Shown here piece after piece: positions 1 to 7,373 of a stretch of 24,000 nt of DNA. Location of the stretch: contig JANLHM010000001.1 of assembly GCA_024654565.1 (NCBI GenBank), positions 36,905 to 60,904 on the forward strand, read 5' to 3'. How positions within the stretch are numbered: the stretch's first letter is position 1; the number at the start of each line of letters is the position of its first letter. The translations under genes and the position numbers were made by a program. The notes under the pieces are model-generated. The model saw only the letters and a list, made by a program, of their open reading frames with translations, was not told the DNA's origin and did not search any database. This DNA is from Nanobdellota archaeon (lineage in GTDB: Archaea > Nanobdellota > Nanobdellia > Pacearchaeales > GW2011-AR1).

Positions 1-80
1 GCCGCTTCAGAACTTTTTTTCTTCATACCCATAAAGTCAATAAGAGTGTTATCAATGTCAAATAGAATAGCCTTTATCAT
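1..80 (-). CDS. HAD-superfamily hydrolase, N-terminal fragment (gene continues past the left edge)
   Basis: The reverse complement of 1-80 reads MIKAILFDIDNTLIDFMGMKKKSSEA. FDIDNTL matches HAD motif I (DxDxT). The ATG is at 80-78. It is absent from the ORF track because it is truncated by the window edge. Confidence 0.55.
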   Translation of the reverse strand, partial: MIKAILFDIDNTLIDFMGMKKKSSEA

Positions 81-119
81 AAAAGAATATAGAAAAGAGA
101 ATTAAAAACTTTTCTTAAA

Positions 120-281
120 TTACATTTGACCAGTTTCATTAAACTTCTTCATGAGTCTTTCAACTACAACCTGAGGTGCAAAACCCTTTCGGCTGCAATT
201 TTTTATGAACTCATCATAGACTTTCCTGTCAAGAGTGTAATCTATCTTCATTTTCTGTGCTCCAGGAGGTGTTGATGCCAT
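120..281 (-). CDS. Small (53 aa) ribbon-helix-helix (CopG/Arc-like) DNA-binding protein candidate
   Basis: My own translation is MASTPPGAQKMKIDYTLDRKVYDEFIKNCSRKGFAPQVVVERLMKKFNETGQM*. It shows a beta-strand (KIDYTL), helix, G-turn, helix pattern typical of RHH proteins. A TATA-like ttttatatat lies about 22-32 nt upstream on the minus strand (plus 303-313). It is below the 60-aa cutoff of the ORF track. Confidence 0.4.
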   Translation of the reverse strand: MASTPPGAQKMKIDYTLDRKVYDEFIKNCSRKGFAPQVVVERLMKKFNETGQM

Positions 282-336
282 AAAAAGATTAAATTAACTT
301 GATATATAAAACTTCTCTAAAAACTTTTTTTACCCA

Positions 337-819
337 TTATCTTACAAAACTCAGTCTAACCTTTCCGTCAGAAAATGTTTCTAAAACATATTCTTTTATG
401 TTGCCTATCTTTCCTTTGACTGTTTCGCTAATTTTTCCAACAAAATTTGAATAAATTTCACCCATCTTCATTAAATGATTATTTCTTATTGTTTCCATAT
501 TCTTTTTGTGATTTTCACGAATTTCCCTTCTTAAACTGTCAAGATATTCAGAAGAACCTTTGTTATCTTCAACGTTTGAAATGTTAAGGGGTGAGTTGTC
601 TAAAGATTCAACCTTCTTTTCAAGTCCTTTAAATGCAGTCCCAGAGTCAGAATATATGAACCTAATTTTATCTGGGTTGTAAATAATTTTAAACTTCTCT
701 AAAATTTCAGGATTCATACCTGAAAATAAGTATTCCCTTTGATTTTCAGTTAAATCTTCCTCCCAAAAATAATTCTTTAACTTTTCTTTCAAATTTTGGT
801 ATATTTCTTTTATTTTCAT
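337..819 (-). CDS. Hypothetical protein (160 aa), paralog of the adjacent 130-aa protein
   Basis: Long ORF whose ATG directly abuts the stop of the upstream gene (819/820). It shares a 37-residue motif (SSEYLDSLRREIRENHKKNMETIRNNHLMKMGEIYSN) with the 820-1212 product. I recognise no family. Confidence 0.65.
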   Translation of the reverse strand: MKIKEIYQNLKEKLKNYFWEEDLTENQREYLFSGMNPEILEKFKIIYNPDKIRFIYSDSGTAFKGLEKKVESLDNSPLNISNVEDNKGSSEYLDSLRREIRENHKKNMETIRNNHLMKMGEIYSNFVGKISETVKGKIGNIKEYVLETFSDGKVRLSFVR

Positions 820-1212
820 TTAACTTGCTTTTCTTTTTATTCTAATAGTTGTACCCAGAGCTTTTCTTTTCCAAAAAAGTCCATCTTCTTCAACATATGG
901 TAAGGCTTCAAAACCATCTACTTTTGAGGCTTCTTCTTCAGAAACTTTATTGAGGTAAGTCTGGGCATAATTATTAATCGCGTTATTTCTTATACTTTCC
1001 ATAACCTCTTCATGATTTGACTTTATTTTAGTCATATTTTCTAAGTGATCGCTTTTTATTTTTTCTTTTATCACGTTCAGGTATTCACTTGCTTCATTTA
1101 ATGCAAGGGTATTTTCTGGATTTTCTGTATAGAAAGTGGGTTGAATATTATACCTTAAAAAATAATCTTCCTCTAAAATTGAAGGCAAATTTCTTTTGTT
1201 TGAAGAGTTCAT
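820..1212 (-). CDS. Hypothetical protein (130 aa), paralog of the adjacent 160-aa protein
   Basis: The start overlaps the upstream stop in an ATGA (1209-1212). A GGAGGG Shine-Dalgarno-like site lies about 10 nt upstream (plus 1223-1228). Carries the motif ASEYLNVIKEKIKSDHLENMTKIKSNHEEVMESIRNN. Confidence 0.65.
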   Translation of the reverse strand: MNSSNKRNLPSILEEDYFLRYNIQPTFYTENPENTLALNEASEYLNVIKEKIKSDHLENMTKIKSNHEEVMESIRNNAINNYAQTYLNKVSEEEASKVDGFEALPYVEEDGLFWKRKALGTTIRIKRKAS

Positions 1213-1505
1213 ATTACTTCCACCCTCCCATCCATTACTCTTTTTTCTAACTTCTTCAAATTATTTGAATAATCCAATTCTTTATTTTTTGTCTTTTGAT
1301 AATATTTCATTACTTCTTCTTTCTTGTACTCAAATTCTCCTTTATTATGGTCTTCAGAACTAATTTTTGCCATTTTATAGACTGAATAACCCGCCGCAAC
1401 AATTCCCAAAGGTGGAAAAACAACTAGTGCAATAGAAGCCCCTGCCCAAAGAGCAGCGATCTTTCCTATAACTTTTCCATTATATTTGGTTGTCGTTAAT
1501 GACAT
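1209..1505 (-). CDS. Small membrane protein (98 aa) with a hydrophobic hairpin and a charged C-terminal tail
   Basis: The hydrophobic stretch IGKIAALWAGASIALVVFPPLGIVAAGYSVY is followed by a Lys/Glu-rich tail. A GGAGGT site lies upstream (plus 1517-1522). It is the first gene of a translationally coupled trio. Confidence 0.6.
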   Translation of the reverse strand: MSLTTTKYNGKVIGKIAALWAGASIALVVFPPLGIVAAGYSVYKMAKISSEDHNKGEFEYKKEEVMKYYQKTKNKELDYSNNLKKLEKRVMDGRVEVI

Positions 1506-1634
1506 TTTACAATGTAACCTCCATTAAGAACTCCAGCAAACCAACTATGCAATCTGCCTGTTTTTTGCATAAAAATCATAGGAGTAAGTATTATATAAAT
1601 GTTACTCTATTAAAATTACTACTGATTTTTAACC

Positions 1635-2141
1635 TTAATTTATCCTTCCTTCGCTATCGAAATTAACGTCATTCTTTTTCCCTGTCAACTCTTTAGGAAT
1701 TTTATACTCTTCAAATTTAACTTTCTTTTTGTCAATCGCACTTTTCAAGTTCTTCTCTTGAGAGTTTAGTTTAGAGTCTCCACTTTTAACTTCAACAAAA
1801 ATAACTTCATTAATCTTTTTTTCATCCATCCCTTTGAAAACTATGAAGTCTGCGGGTTTACCTAAAAATCTGCATTCAGTTGGTTTATATGGGAAGTTTG
1901 GTAAATATGGTGCGAGGTTCTCACTAAATTGCCCCCCAATGACCGCTCTAGACCTCAAAATTGCCTCTTTTCGGTATTCTGGTAAGTTAAGCTCCCACTC
2001 TCTGTTTTTCTTCTGAGCCCCAAATTTTAATCCTATGTAAAATGCAAGAAATCCCCCTATGATTAAAGTAATAAGAAAAATAATAGTAGTTGAATCCATA
2101 ATAGATTTAATGGGGTCTTTGTTTTTATTGTTTCCCTTCAC
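1635..2141 (-). CDS. Membrane-anchored PD-(D/E)xK nuclease-like protein (resembles the 'endonuclease related to archaeal Holliday junction resolvase' family)
   Basis: N-terminal TM helix IIFLITLIIGGFLAFYIGL. The C-terminal part reads LGKPADFIVF...EVIFVEVKSGDSKLNSQEKNLKSAI, giving a D...E-V-K core typical of the restriction-endonuclease fold and Hjc. The track start at 2141 is GTG; an alternative ATG at 2099 would give MDSTT. Confidence 0.55.
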   Translation of the reverse strand: MKGNNKNKDPIKSIMDSTTIIFLITLIIGGFLAFYIGLKFGAQKKNREWELNLPEYRKEAILRSRAVIGGQFSENLAPYLPNFPYKPTECRFLGKPADFIVFKGMDEKKINEVIFVEVKSGDSKLNSQEKNLKSAIDKKKVKFEEYKIPKELTGKKNDVNFDSEGRIN

Positions 2142-2214
2142 CCGCCAAATATTTAAATGCTAATTTCCTCATAACATTTCCTTTTAGGGACAAGAAAAAG
2201 GAGGTAAAAAACAA

Positions 2215-2349
2215 ATGGTTGAATGGTGGAAATTTGTTGCAGGTCTTCTTGGAACTGTGGGTGTTGCATGGCAAATGCCTACTGAAGTAAGTGGATGGCT
2301 TGTAGGACTAGCTTTCTTGGCTATATTTGTGAGTAGTTTTTTCGAGTAA
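2215..2349 (+). CDS. Small hydrophobic protein (44 aa) candidate
   Basis: My own translation is MVEWWKFVAGLLGTVGVAWQMPTEVSGWLVGLAFLAIFVSSFFE*. A strong aaaggaggt Shine-Dalgarno site at 2197-2205 lies 9 nt before the ATG. It is below the ORF-track cutoff. Confidence 0.4.
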   Translation: MVEWWKFVAGLLGTVGVAWQMPTEVSGWLVGLAFLAIFVSSFFE

Positions 2350-2394
2350 GATTTAGTCTAATAAATGGCTAATCTCTTAATTTATTTTTCAAAT

Positions 2395-2420
2395 TTAAGG
2401 AAAGAAGGGGCTTTCCTTAA
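2395..2420. promoter_or_regulatory. Perfect 10-bp stem / 6-nt loop hairpin between the small ORF and the promoter of the giant gene
   Basis: ttaaggaaag-aagggg-ctttccttaa forms exact reverse-complement arms. It is followed by gacttttg and then a TATA-like box at 2444-2453. Confidence 0.3.
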
Positions 2421-2443
2421 GACTTTTGTTAATTTGCGTTAAG

Positions 2444-2453
2444 TTTATAATTA
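2444..2453 (+). promoter_or_regulatory. TATA-like box for the giant secreted-protein gene
   Basis: tttataatta lies 21-30 nt upstream of the ATG at 2474. Confidence 0.3.
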
Positions 2454-2473
2454 TTGAAATCTTTGTTTCCGGA

Positions 2474-5400
2474 ATGAAAAATGGGTTTGCTAAAATATTT
2501 TTATTTGCCTTTTTAACATTCGTTTTTGTGCAATTTGCGTATGCGGGAAATTTCGATGGTGAAATACAAAAATTGACTTATTATGCCGAAGAATATGAAA
2601 CAGGCAATATTGATTACGCACGATTGATTATTCAGCTTGGGAGTTTAAGGGAGGGGCTCAATGAAAAACTTGGAGCGATAAAAACTTATGAAGGTGAAAC
2701 ACTCCAGAAGGAACAGGTAAAAAGCGCACTTGGCGAACCGACCGATTACACAAGATGGATATGGGTTGAAAAAGAAAATCGCGAAAAAAAATACGACGAA
2801 GGAATTCCATACTGGGATAAAATAGTTTTTGACGGCAAAAAAATCCAGGTCAGGTTGAATGCTTATCCTGCAGTATTGAAAAAAGGAAATGAAGATAAAA
2901 TAATTTACAGGTTGAATTTCCAGACGAATTTCAAAAAACCCGAGGAAAGCCTGAATTTTAACAAAAAAATTGATGAAATAAAATTGCTTGCACAAAATTA
3001 CAATTCAAACCCATCGCAAAACGGAGCTGAAGAACTTGCAAAAGCAAGCGTAAGCATTGAAAAGATTTTTGAATCATATTTTGGGCAAAGCGAAAGTCAG
3101 TGCGTCGAGAATATGAAAACTATTTTTGGAGAGGAAAACGCCATAGAAACAAACAAAATTTATTCTCAGGAAATCATGCTTGGTGAAGGTGAAAATTATG
3201 AAGCAAGGCTGAACCTTGAAATGTGCGAGGGTTGCAAATGGAACTGGATAAACCTAAACTTCTGGATTGACTCAAGAGGAAAAGGTAAATTCCCGGAAGT
3301 TAAGGAATTTCCCGAAGGAGGAGAGTATAAAGGGCTAAAGAGCGAGGAGTATATGGAAAAAACTGTGAAGCTTGTTGATGAAATAAAATCCGCACTTTCT
3401 GAAAAAAATTTCAACTCTGCAATGGAAAAAGGAATGAAATTAATGGCGTTGACAAATCAATGGAATGAAGTATCTAACAATGTATGGAAGGAAGTTGAGG
3501 AAAAGTACAATGACCGTCTTTTAAGCGAAGAGGAAAGGCAAAAGATAGGCGAAAATTACGGATGGATTAAAAGAGAGCAGGAAAAAAGAGAATACATGGG
3601 GGAGCTTAGTCTTCAAAAATTTAATGAAAGAAAGCAATTTTACTCAAATCTATTTTCAGTCTACGATACAAAGGAATCATATTACGAAGAGACCCGTTTT
3701 GAAATGAGGCTTGTCGAATCATTTGAAACTTTTCAAAAAGAAATCTGTGACAATAATTTAGATGACAACAAAAACGGAGAAATTGATTGCTCGGAAAATT
3801 CATGCACAGGTCAGTTATGCGGGAAAGTATATGGAACTACAGAAGTGAACGGAACGGCAACGCAAGTTGAAAAAAATTTATATTGTATACAAGGAGCATG
3901 TCAGGAAAAGAAAGAAGAATTAAAGATTTCAGAACCTGTTTGCGGAAATAATATTTGTGAAGCAAATGAGGATGTCAACTGCAACCAAGACTGTTTAAGC
4001 TGTCCGGTTTTTGAAACAATAGACTGCAAAGGTAGAGTTATATATAGCGGAACTGATGAAAACAACTGCTCGCTACAGCCAATTTGCGTCGAGAATGAAA
4101 TTTCGTGTAATGTAAAAGAGGATTGTGAAAATCCATTGTGTGGTGAATCAGAATGTGTTGAAGGAATGTGCAAAGTCGTTAACCTTGGCGAATGCAGGGA
4201 AGTAGAATGTAATGAAGAGGAAAAGAAAATGAAAAACTGTGCTTCGGGTGAACAGCTTGTAGATAGCGTATGTGACGGAGGAACCTGGAAAAATCTGGGG
4301 CTTGAATGTGAAGGTGAAGAAATTGAGGTGGTCAAAGAAGAAACAGAAATTTTATCAAATGAATGTTCAGTAGCAAGTGACTGTGGGGGAACAAATGACG
4401 TATGTAGCAACGGAAGATGTGTTTCATTGCCTCAGGTAGCACAAAGTGAGGAGGTCGAAGTTTCTGAGACTCTTGAAGTTGAGAACAAGGAAGAAGAAAA
4501 TGAAGTGATTGAAGAAAATGCCAAAGAAGAATCGGCGATAAGTTCAACTGCTGAAGAAATTATAACTGGAAACTTTTTAATGAGGTTTACAAGAAGTTTG
4601 CTAAAACTAACGGGATATGATATTGAGGGGGAAGGAGGGGAAAGCACCATTTCTTCACCTGAAGAACCTTTGGAACCGGTTGAATCTGGAAATGAGGGTG
4701 AAGGAGAAACAACCATAGTGGAAGAGGATAATGTTCAGGAAGAAAATGTAAACTCAGACAATGAAGAAAATGATGAGTTTGACCGTGAGAGAGAAGAGAA
4801 AGAAAGAAGAGAAAATGAATGTGAAAATAGGTGCGAAAGAGAATGTTATGATATGAAAACAAGGCCGTGCGTTGAAGATTGCATATGGGGAGCATGCGGA
4901 GATGAATTAAGCTGTGATGTTGATGAAATTTCGTCCTCGTGTGAATCAACCTGCAAAGAAGATTCCAACATAGGAGAATGTAAGAACACCTGTGAGGAGA
5001 AATGCATTAGGGGAGAAAATACATGGGAGGAACCCGAAATAAAAGAGGACAAGATGATGAATAACGGAGGATTTTCAGCAACGGGTTCATGCAGAAGTGC
5101 TCGAGGACAGACATACGGAAATGTTTGGTTCGGAGGGTGGGGCGAGAATTTCCAGAAAATAGAAAAGCTAAAACAAAGAGAGTATATGGGGGGGCAAAGT
5201 GATTGGTGCAAAATGGAATCTGAAAATCTTTTGAAGCAGAGAAAAGAGCTTGAAAAAAGCTTGAACGATGAGTTTGCAAGATGGTTCTTTGAAGATTATC
5301 TTGCCAATTCAGCTGAAAATTGGGAGGATGCCGTTTCAGGAATTTATGAATTGTACTGGAAAGACGTAGACACAAGTAGGGAGATGACTTTTAGAATGAA

Positions 5401-6208
5401 ATGTGCCGAAATCACGACGATGCCTGAATACAACCTTATTAATTTTTTATACTCTTCCGAGTATGGTAGTATCGAATTTTGGGAAGAATTAAAGGAAGTA
5501 GAACTTGAAGAACTTGAAGGAGAAAAGGTAACCATTATTTCGCCTTACATGAAAATATGGGTTTTCCCGTCGAAAGAGTTTCTGAAGTATGAGATGAAAA
5601 AATCAATGGAAGAACATAAATTTCCGGGAAAAAAAGAAGATAGTTCTGAAAGGGAAAATGAAGGGGGATTGACCGAATATGAAAAACTTAAAATAAAAGA
5701 GGACAAGGCATTTATGAAGATTGTAAAAAAAATTTCTAGCAAATATGGCGGAAATTTTGATGGAGTAGTTCAGATAAAAGATTTTGAAAATGGTGAAGTT
5801 ATATTTAACATCAAAGTACAGGTCAATGAAGAGGATGTAATTAAAATGGAACCTATGCCATATTCGGAAGTTAGCGAAGAGGATGCAAGACTTGAAATAG
5901 ACTTTGAAAAAGTTTATGACCTAATTTACACCTCTGAAAAAGAGATGGAGGAAGTTAGAATAGAAAGTCCTCCTTGGGACAAAAAATCAACCCCCGGGCA
6001 AAAAATAAAAGAAATAACAAATGGGATTAAAATGTTTTTCAAAATAAGAAGCATTGTGAATTCTGCCGTAATTATTCCAGAAGATGCAAGAAACGATGTT
6101 AACGATTTATTTAACGCCTTTATGAAATTGATGATGAGGGGTGGAATTGACGAGGGAGAAATGGAAAGGGGAGAAATTGAAGAAACATCAGATAAAATTT
6201 TGCAATAA
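2474..6208 (+). CDS. Giant secreted, acidic, cysteine-rich protein (about 1245 aa) of unknown function
   Basis: The ORF stays open for 3.7 kb. I place the start at the ATG at 2474 (MKNGFAKIFLFAFLTFVFVQFAYA|GNFDG, a signal-peptide-like N-terminus) rather than the TTG at 2426. There are two Cys-rich blocks (3746-4420 with 28 Cys; 4820-5005 with 12 Cys) separated by a Glu-rich linker. I see no C-terminal TM helix. Confidence 0.85.
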   Translation: MKNGFAKIFLFAFLTFVFVQFAYAGNFDGEIQKLTYYAEEYETGNIDYARLIIQLGSLREGLNEKLGAIKTYEGETLQKEQVKSALGEPTDYTRWIWVEKENREKKYDEGIPYWDKIVFDGKKIQVRLNAYPAVLKKGNEDKIIYRLNFQTNFKKPEESLNFNKKIDEIKLLAQNYNSNPSQNGAEELAKASVSIEKIFESYFGQSESQCVENMKTIFGEENAIETNKIYSQEIMLGEGENYEARLNLEMCEGCKWNWINLNFWIDSRGKGKFPEVKEFPEGGEYKGLKSEEYMEKTVKLVDEIKSALSEKNFNSAMEKGMKLMALTNQWNEVSNNVWKEVEEKYNDRLLSEEERQKIGENYGWIKREQEKREYMGELSLQKFNERKQFYSNLFSVYDTKESYYEETRFEMRLVESFETFQKEICDNNLDDNKNGEIDCSENSCTGQLCGKVYGTTEVNGTATQVEKNLYCIQGACQEKKEELKISEPVCGNNICEANEDVNCNQDCLSCPVFETIDCKGRVIYSGTDENNCSLQPICVENEISCNVKEDCENPLCGESECVEGMCKVVNLGECREVECNEEEKKMKNCASGEQLVDSVCDGGTWKNLGLECEGEEIEVVKEETEILSNECSVASDCGGTNDVCSNGRCVSLPQVAQSEEVEVSETLEVENKEEENEVIEENAKEESAISSTAEEIITGNFLMRFTRSLLKLTGYDIEGEGGESTISSPEEPLEPVESGNEGEGETTIVEEDNVQEENVNSDNEENDEFDREREEKERRENECENRCERECYDMKTRPCVEDCIWGACGDELSCDVDEISSSCESTCKEDSNIGECKNTCEEKCIRGENTWEEPEIKEDKMMNNGGFSATGSCRSARGQTYGNVWFGGWGENFQKIEKLKQREYMGGQSDWCKMESENLLKQRKELEKSLNDEFARWFFEDYLANSAENWEDAVSGIYELYWKDVDTSREMTFRMKCAEITTMPEYNLINFLYSSEYGSIEFWEELKEVELEELEGEKVTIISPYMKIWVFPSKEFLKYEMKKSMEEHKFPGKKEDSSERENEGGLTEYEKLKIKEDKAFMKIVKKISSKYGGNFDGVVQIKDFENGEVIFNIKVQVNEEDVIKMEPMPYSEVSEEDARLEIDFEKVYDLIYTSEKEMEEVRIESPPWDKKSTPGQKIKEITNGIKMFFKIRSIVNSAVIIPEDARNDVNDLFNAFMKLMMRGGIDEGEMERGEIEETSDKILQ

Positions 6209-6239
6209 ATATTTAAACAATTAATTTTTTTATAATTCA

Positions 6240-6824
6240 ATGAATCTCCCGATAACAAGAGAAAAGGCGATTGAAGTTTTGAAATCCCAAAACCCAGAAG
6301 AGTTTGACTTTATTCATTACTTAATGAGTGAAGCAGTTATGAGAGAAGTTGCTTTAAAATTGGGTGAAGACCAAGGTTACTATGGCGTTTTAGGTTTACT
6401 TCATGATGTTGACTGGACTTTAACAAAGAAAGATGTGAAAACCCATTTAACTCTTGCCCCCGAAATTTTGAAAAGTATGGGTTTTGACTCTGAATTTATT
6501 GAGAACGTTTTGTCTCATGGTTATGGGTTTGAGGAACTCCCAGAATTAAAAGACAAAGTAAGAACTAAGAAAATTGAGTGGGCACTTGCCGCTTCAGAAA
6601 CTTTAACTGGATTAGTTTACGCCTATGCTTTAATGAGGGGAAAAAAGATAAGCGACATGGAATTAAAAGGATTAAAGAAAAAGTTTAAAGACAAAGCATT
6701 TGCAGCAGGGTGCAGTCGTGACATAATTACAGAAATTGAAAAAACAGGTTTAACTCTTGACGAATTACTTGAATGCGGAATAAACGGGATAAAAAAGATA
6801 AAAAGTGAAATTGGTTTAGAGTAA
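6240..6824 (+). CDS. HD-domain metal-dependent phosphohydrolase family protein
   Basis: An H...HD pattern is present (FIHYLMSEAV ... GLLHDVDW). The length of 194 aa is typical of small stand-alone HD hydrolases. Confidence 0.65.
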   Translation: MNLPITREKAIEVLKSQNPEEFDFIHYLMSEAVMREVALKLGEDQGYYGVLGLLHDVDWTLTKKDVKTHLTLAPEILKSMGFDSEFIENVLSHGYGFEELPELKDKVRTKKIEWALAASETLTGLVYAYALMRGKKISDMELKGLKKKFKDKAFAAGCSRDIITEIEKTGLTLDELLECGINGIKKIKSEIGLE

Positions 6825-6879
6825 ATTTTTTAAAAATAAAAACCCTTATAAAAGGTAATAAATCAATTATAAAATTAAA

Positions 6880-7311
6880 ATGATTGTAAAAGACACAAGT
6901 AAAGTTAAAATTGAGTATGAAGGTTTTCTTGACAGTGGAGAAGTTTTTGACACTTCAAGGGGTAGAGCTCCTTTAGAATTTGTTATTGGTAAAAATCAAG
7001 TTATTTTGAGTCTTGAAAAAGGAATAATGGGTATGAAAAAAGGGGAAGAGAAAGAAATTAAAATTGAGGCTAAAGATGCTTATGGAGAAAAAAATCCTGA
7101 TTTTTTTGGGAAAATCCCTAAGGAAAAACTCCCCATTGATTCAAGAGATAAAGTTGAAGCGGGGTCAATATTAATTATGAAACTTCCGGAGGGACATGAA
7201 GTTCCTGTTAAGATTTTAGAAGTTGATGAAAATGAAGTGACTCTAGATTTAAATCATCCTCTTGCAGGGGAAAACCTTAATTTCAAAGTAAAAATTGTTG
7301 ACGTTGAGTAA
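6880..7311 (+). CDS. FKBP-type peptidyl-prolyl cis-trans isomerase (short archaeal SlyD-like form)
   Basis: VKIEYEGFLDSGEVFDTS, PLEFVIGKNQVILSLEKGIMGMKKGEEKEI and LDLNHPLAGENLNFKVKIVDV are characteristic FKBP core segments, with an inserted flap between them. Confidence 0.85.
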   Translation: MIVKDTSKVKIEYEGFLDSGEVFDTSRGRAPLEFVIGKNQVILSLEKGIMGMKKGEEKEIKIEAKDAYGEKNPDFFGKIPKEKLPIDSRDKVEAGSILIMKLPEGHEVPVKILEVDENEVTLDLNHPLAGENLNFKVKIVDVE

Positions 7312-7373
7312 TTAATTTCGAAATATCCTTTTTTAATCCAAAAATTTAAAACTCTTCTTAATCTTTATTTTTC

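Noticed and set aside
1496-1570. 24-aa ORF (MQKTGRLHSWFAGVLNGGYIVKCH) upstream of and overlapping the start of the 98-aa gene, with a TATA-like tttatata about 25 nt upstream
   Set aside because: It is too short to support from sequence alone. It may simply be the 5' leader that carries the GGAGGT site of the 98-aa gene.
2426-2473. TTG-initiated 16-codon N-terminal extension of the giant ORF (MLICVKFIIIEIFVSG)
   Set aside because: The ATG at 2474 is followed directly by a signal-peptide-like sequence. The TATA-like box at 2444-2453 would lie inside the extension.
2645-6258. Nine minus-strand ORFs of 60-169 aa from the track (2645-2995, 3196-3414, 3621-3803, 3901-4410, 4332-4547, 4432-4716, 4587-4949, 4846-5211, 5007-5375, 5344-5535, 5545-5742, 5926-6258) lying inside the giant gene
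   Set aside because: These are antisense shadows of a GAA/AAA/GAG-rich coding strand, whose complement (TTC/TTT/CTC) lacks stop codons. Their products are low-complexity Ser/Phe/Leu strings, and they overlap each other in different frames.
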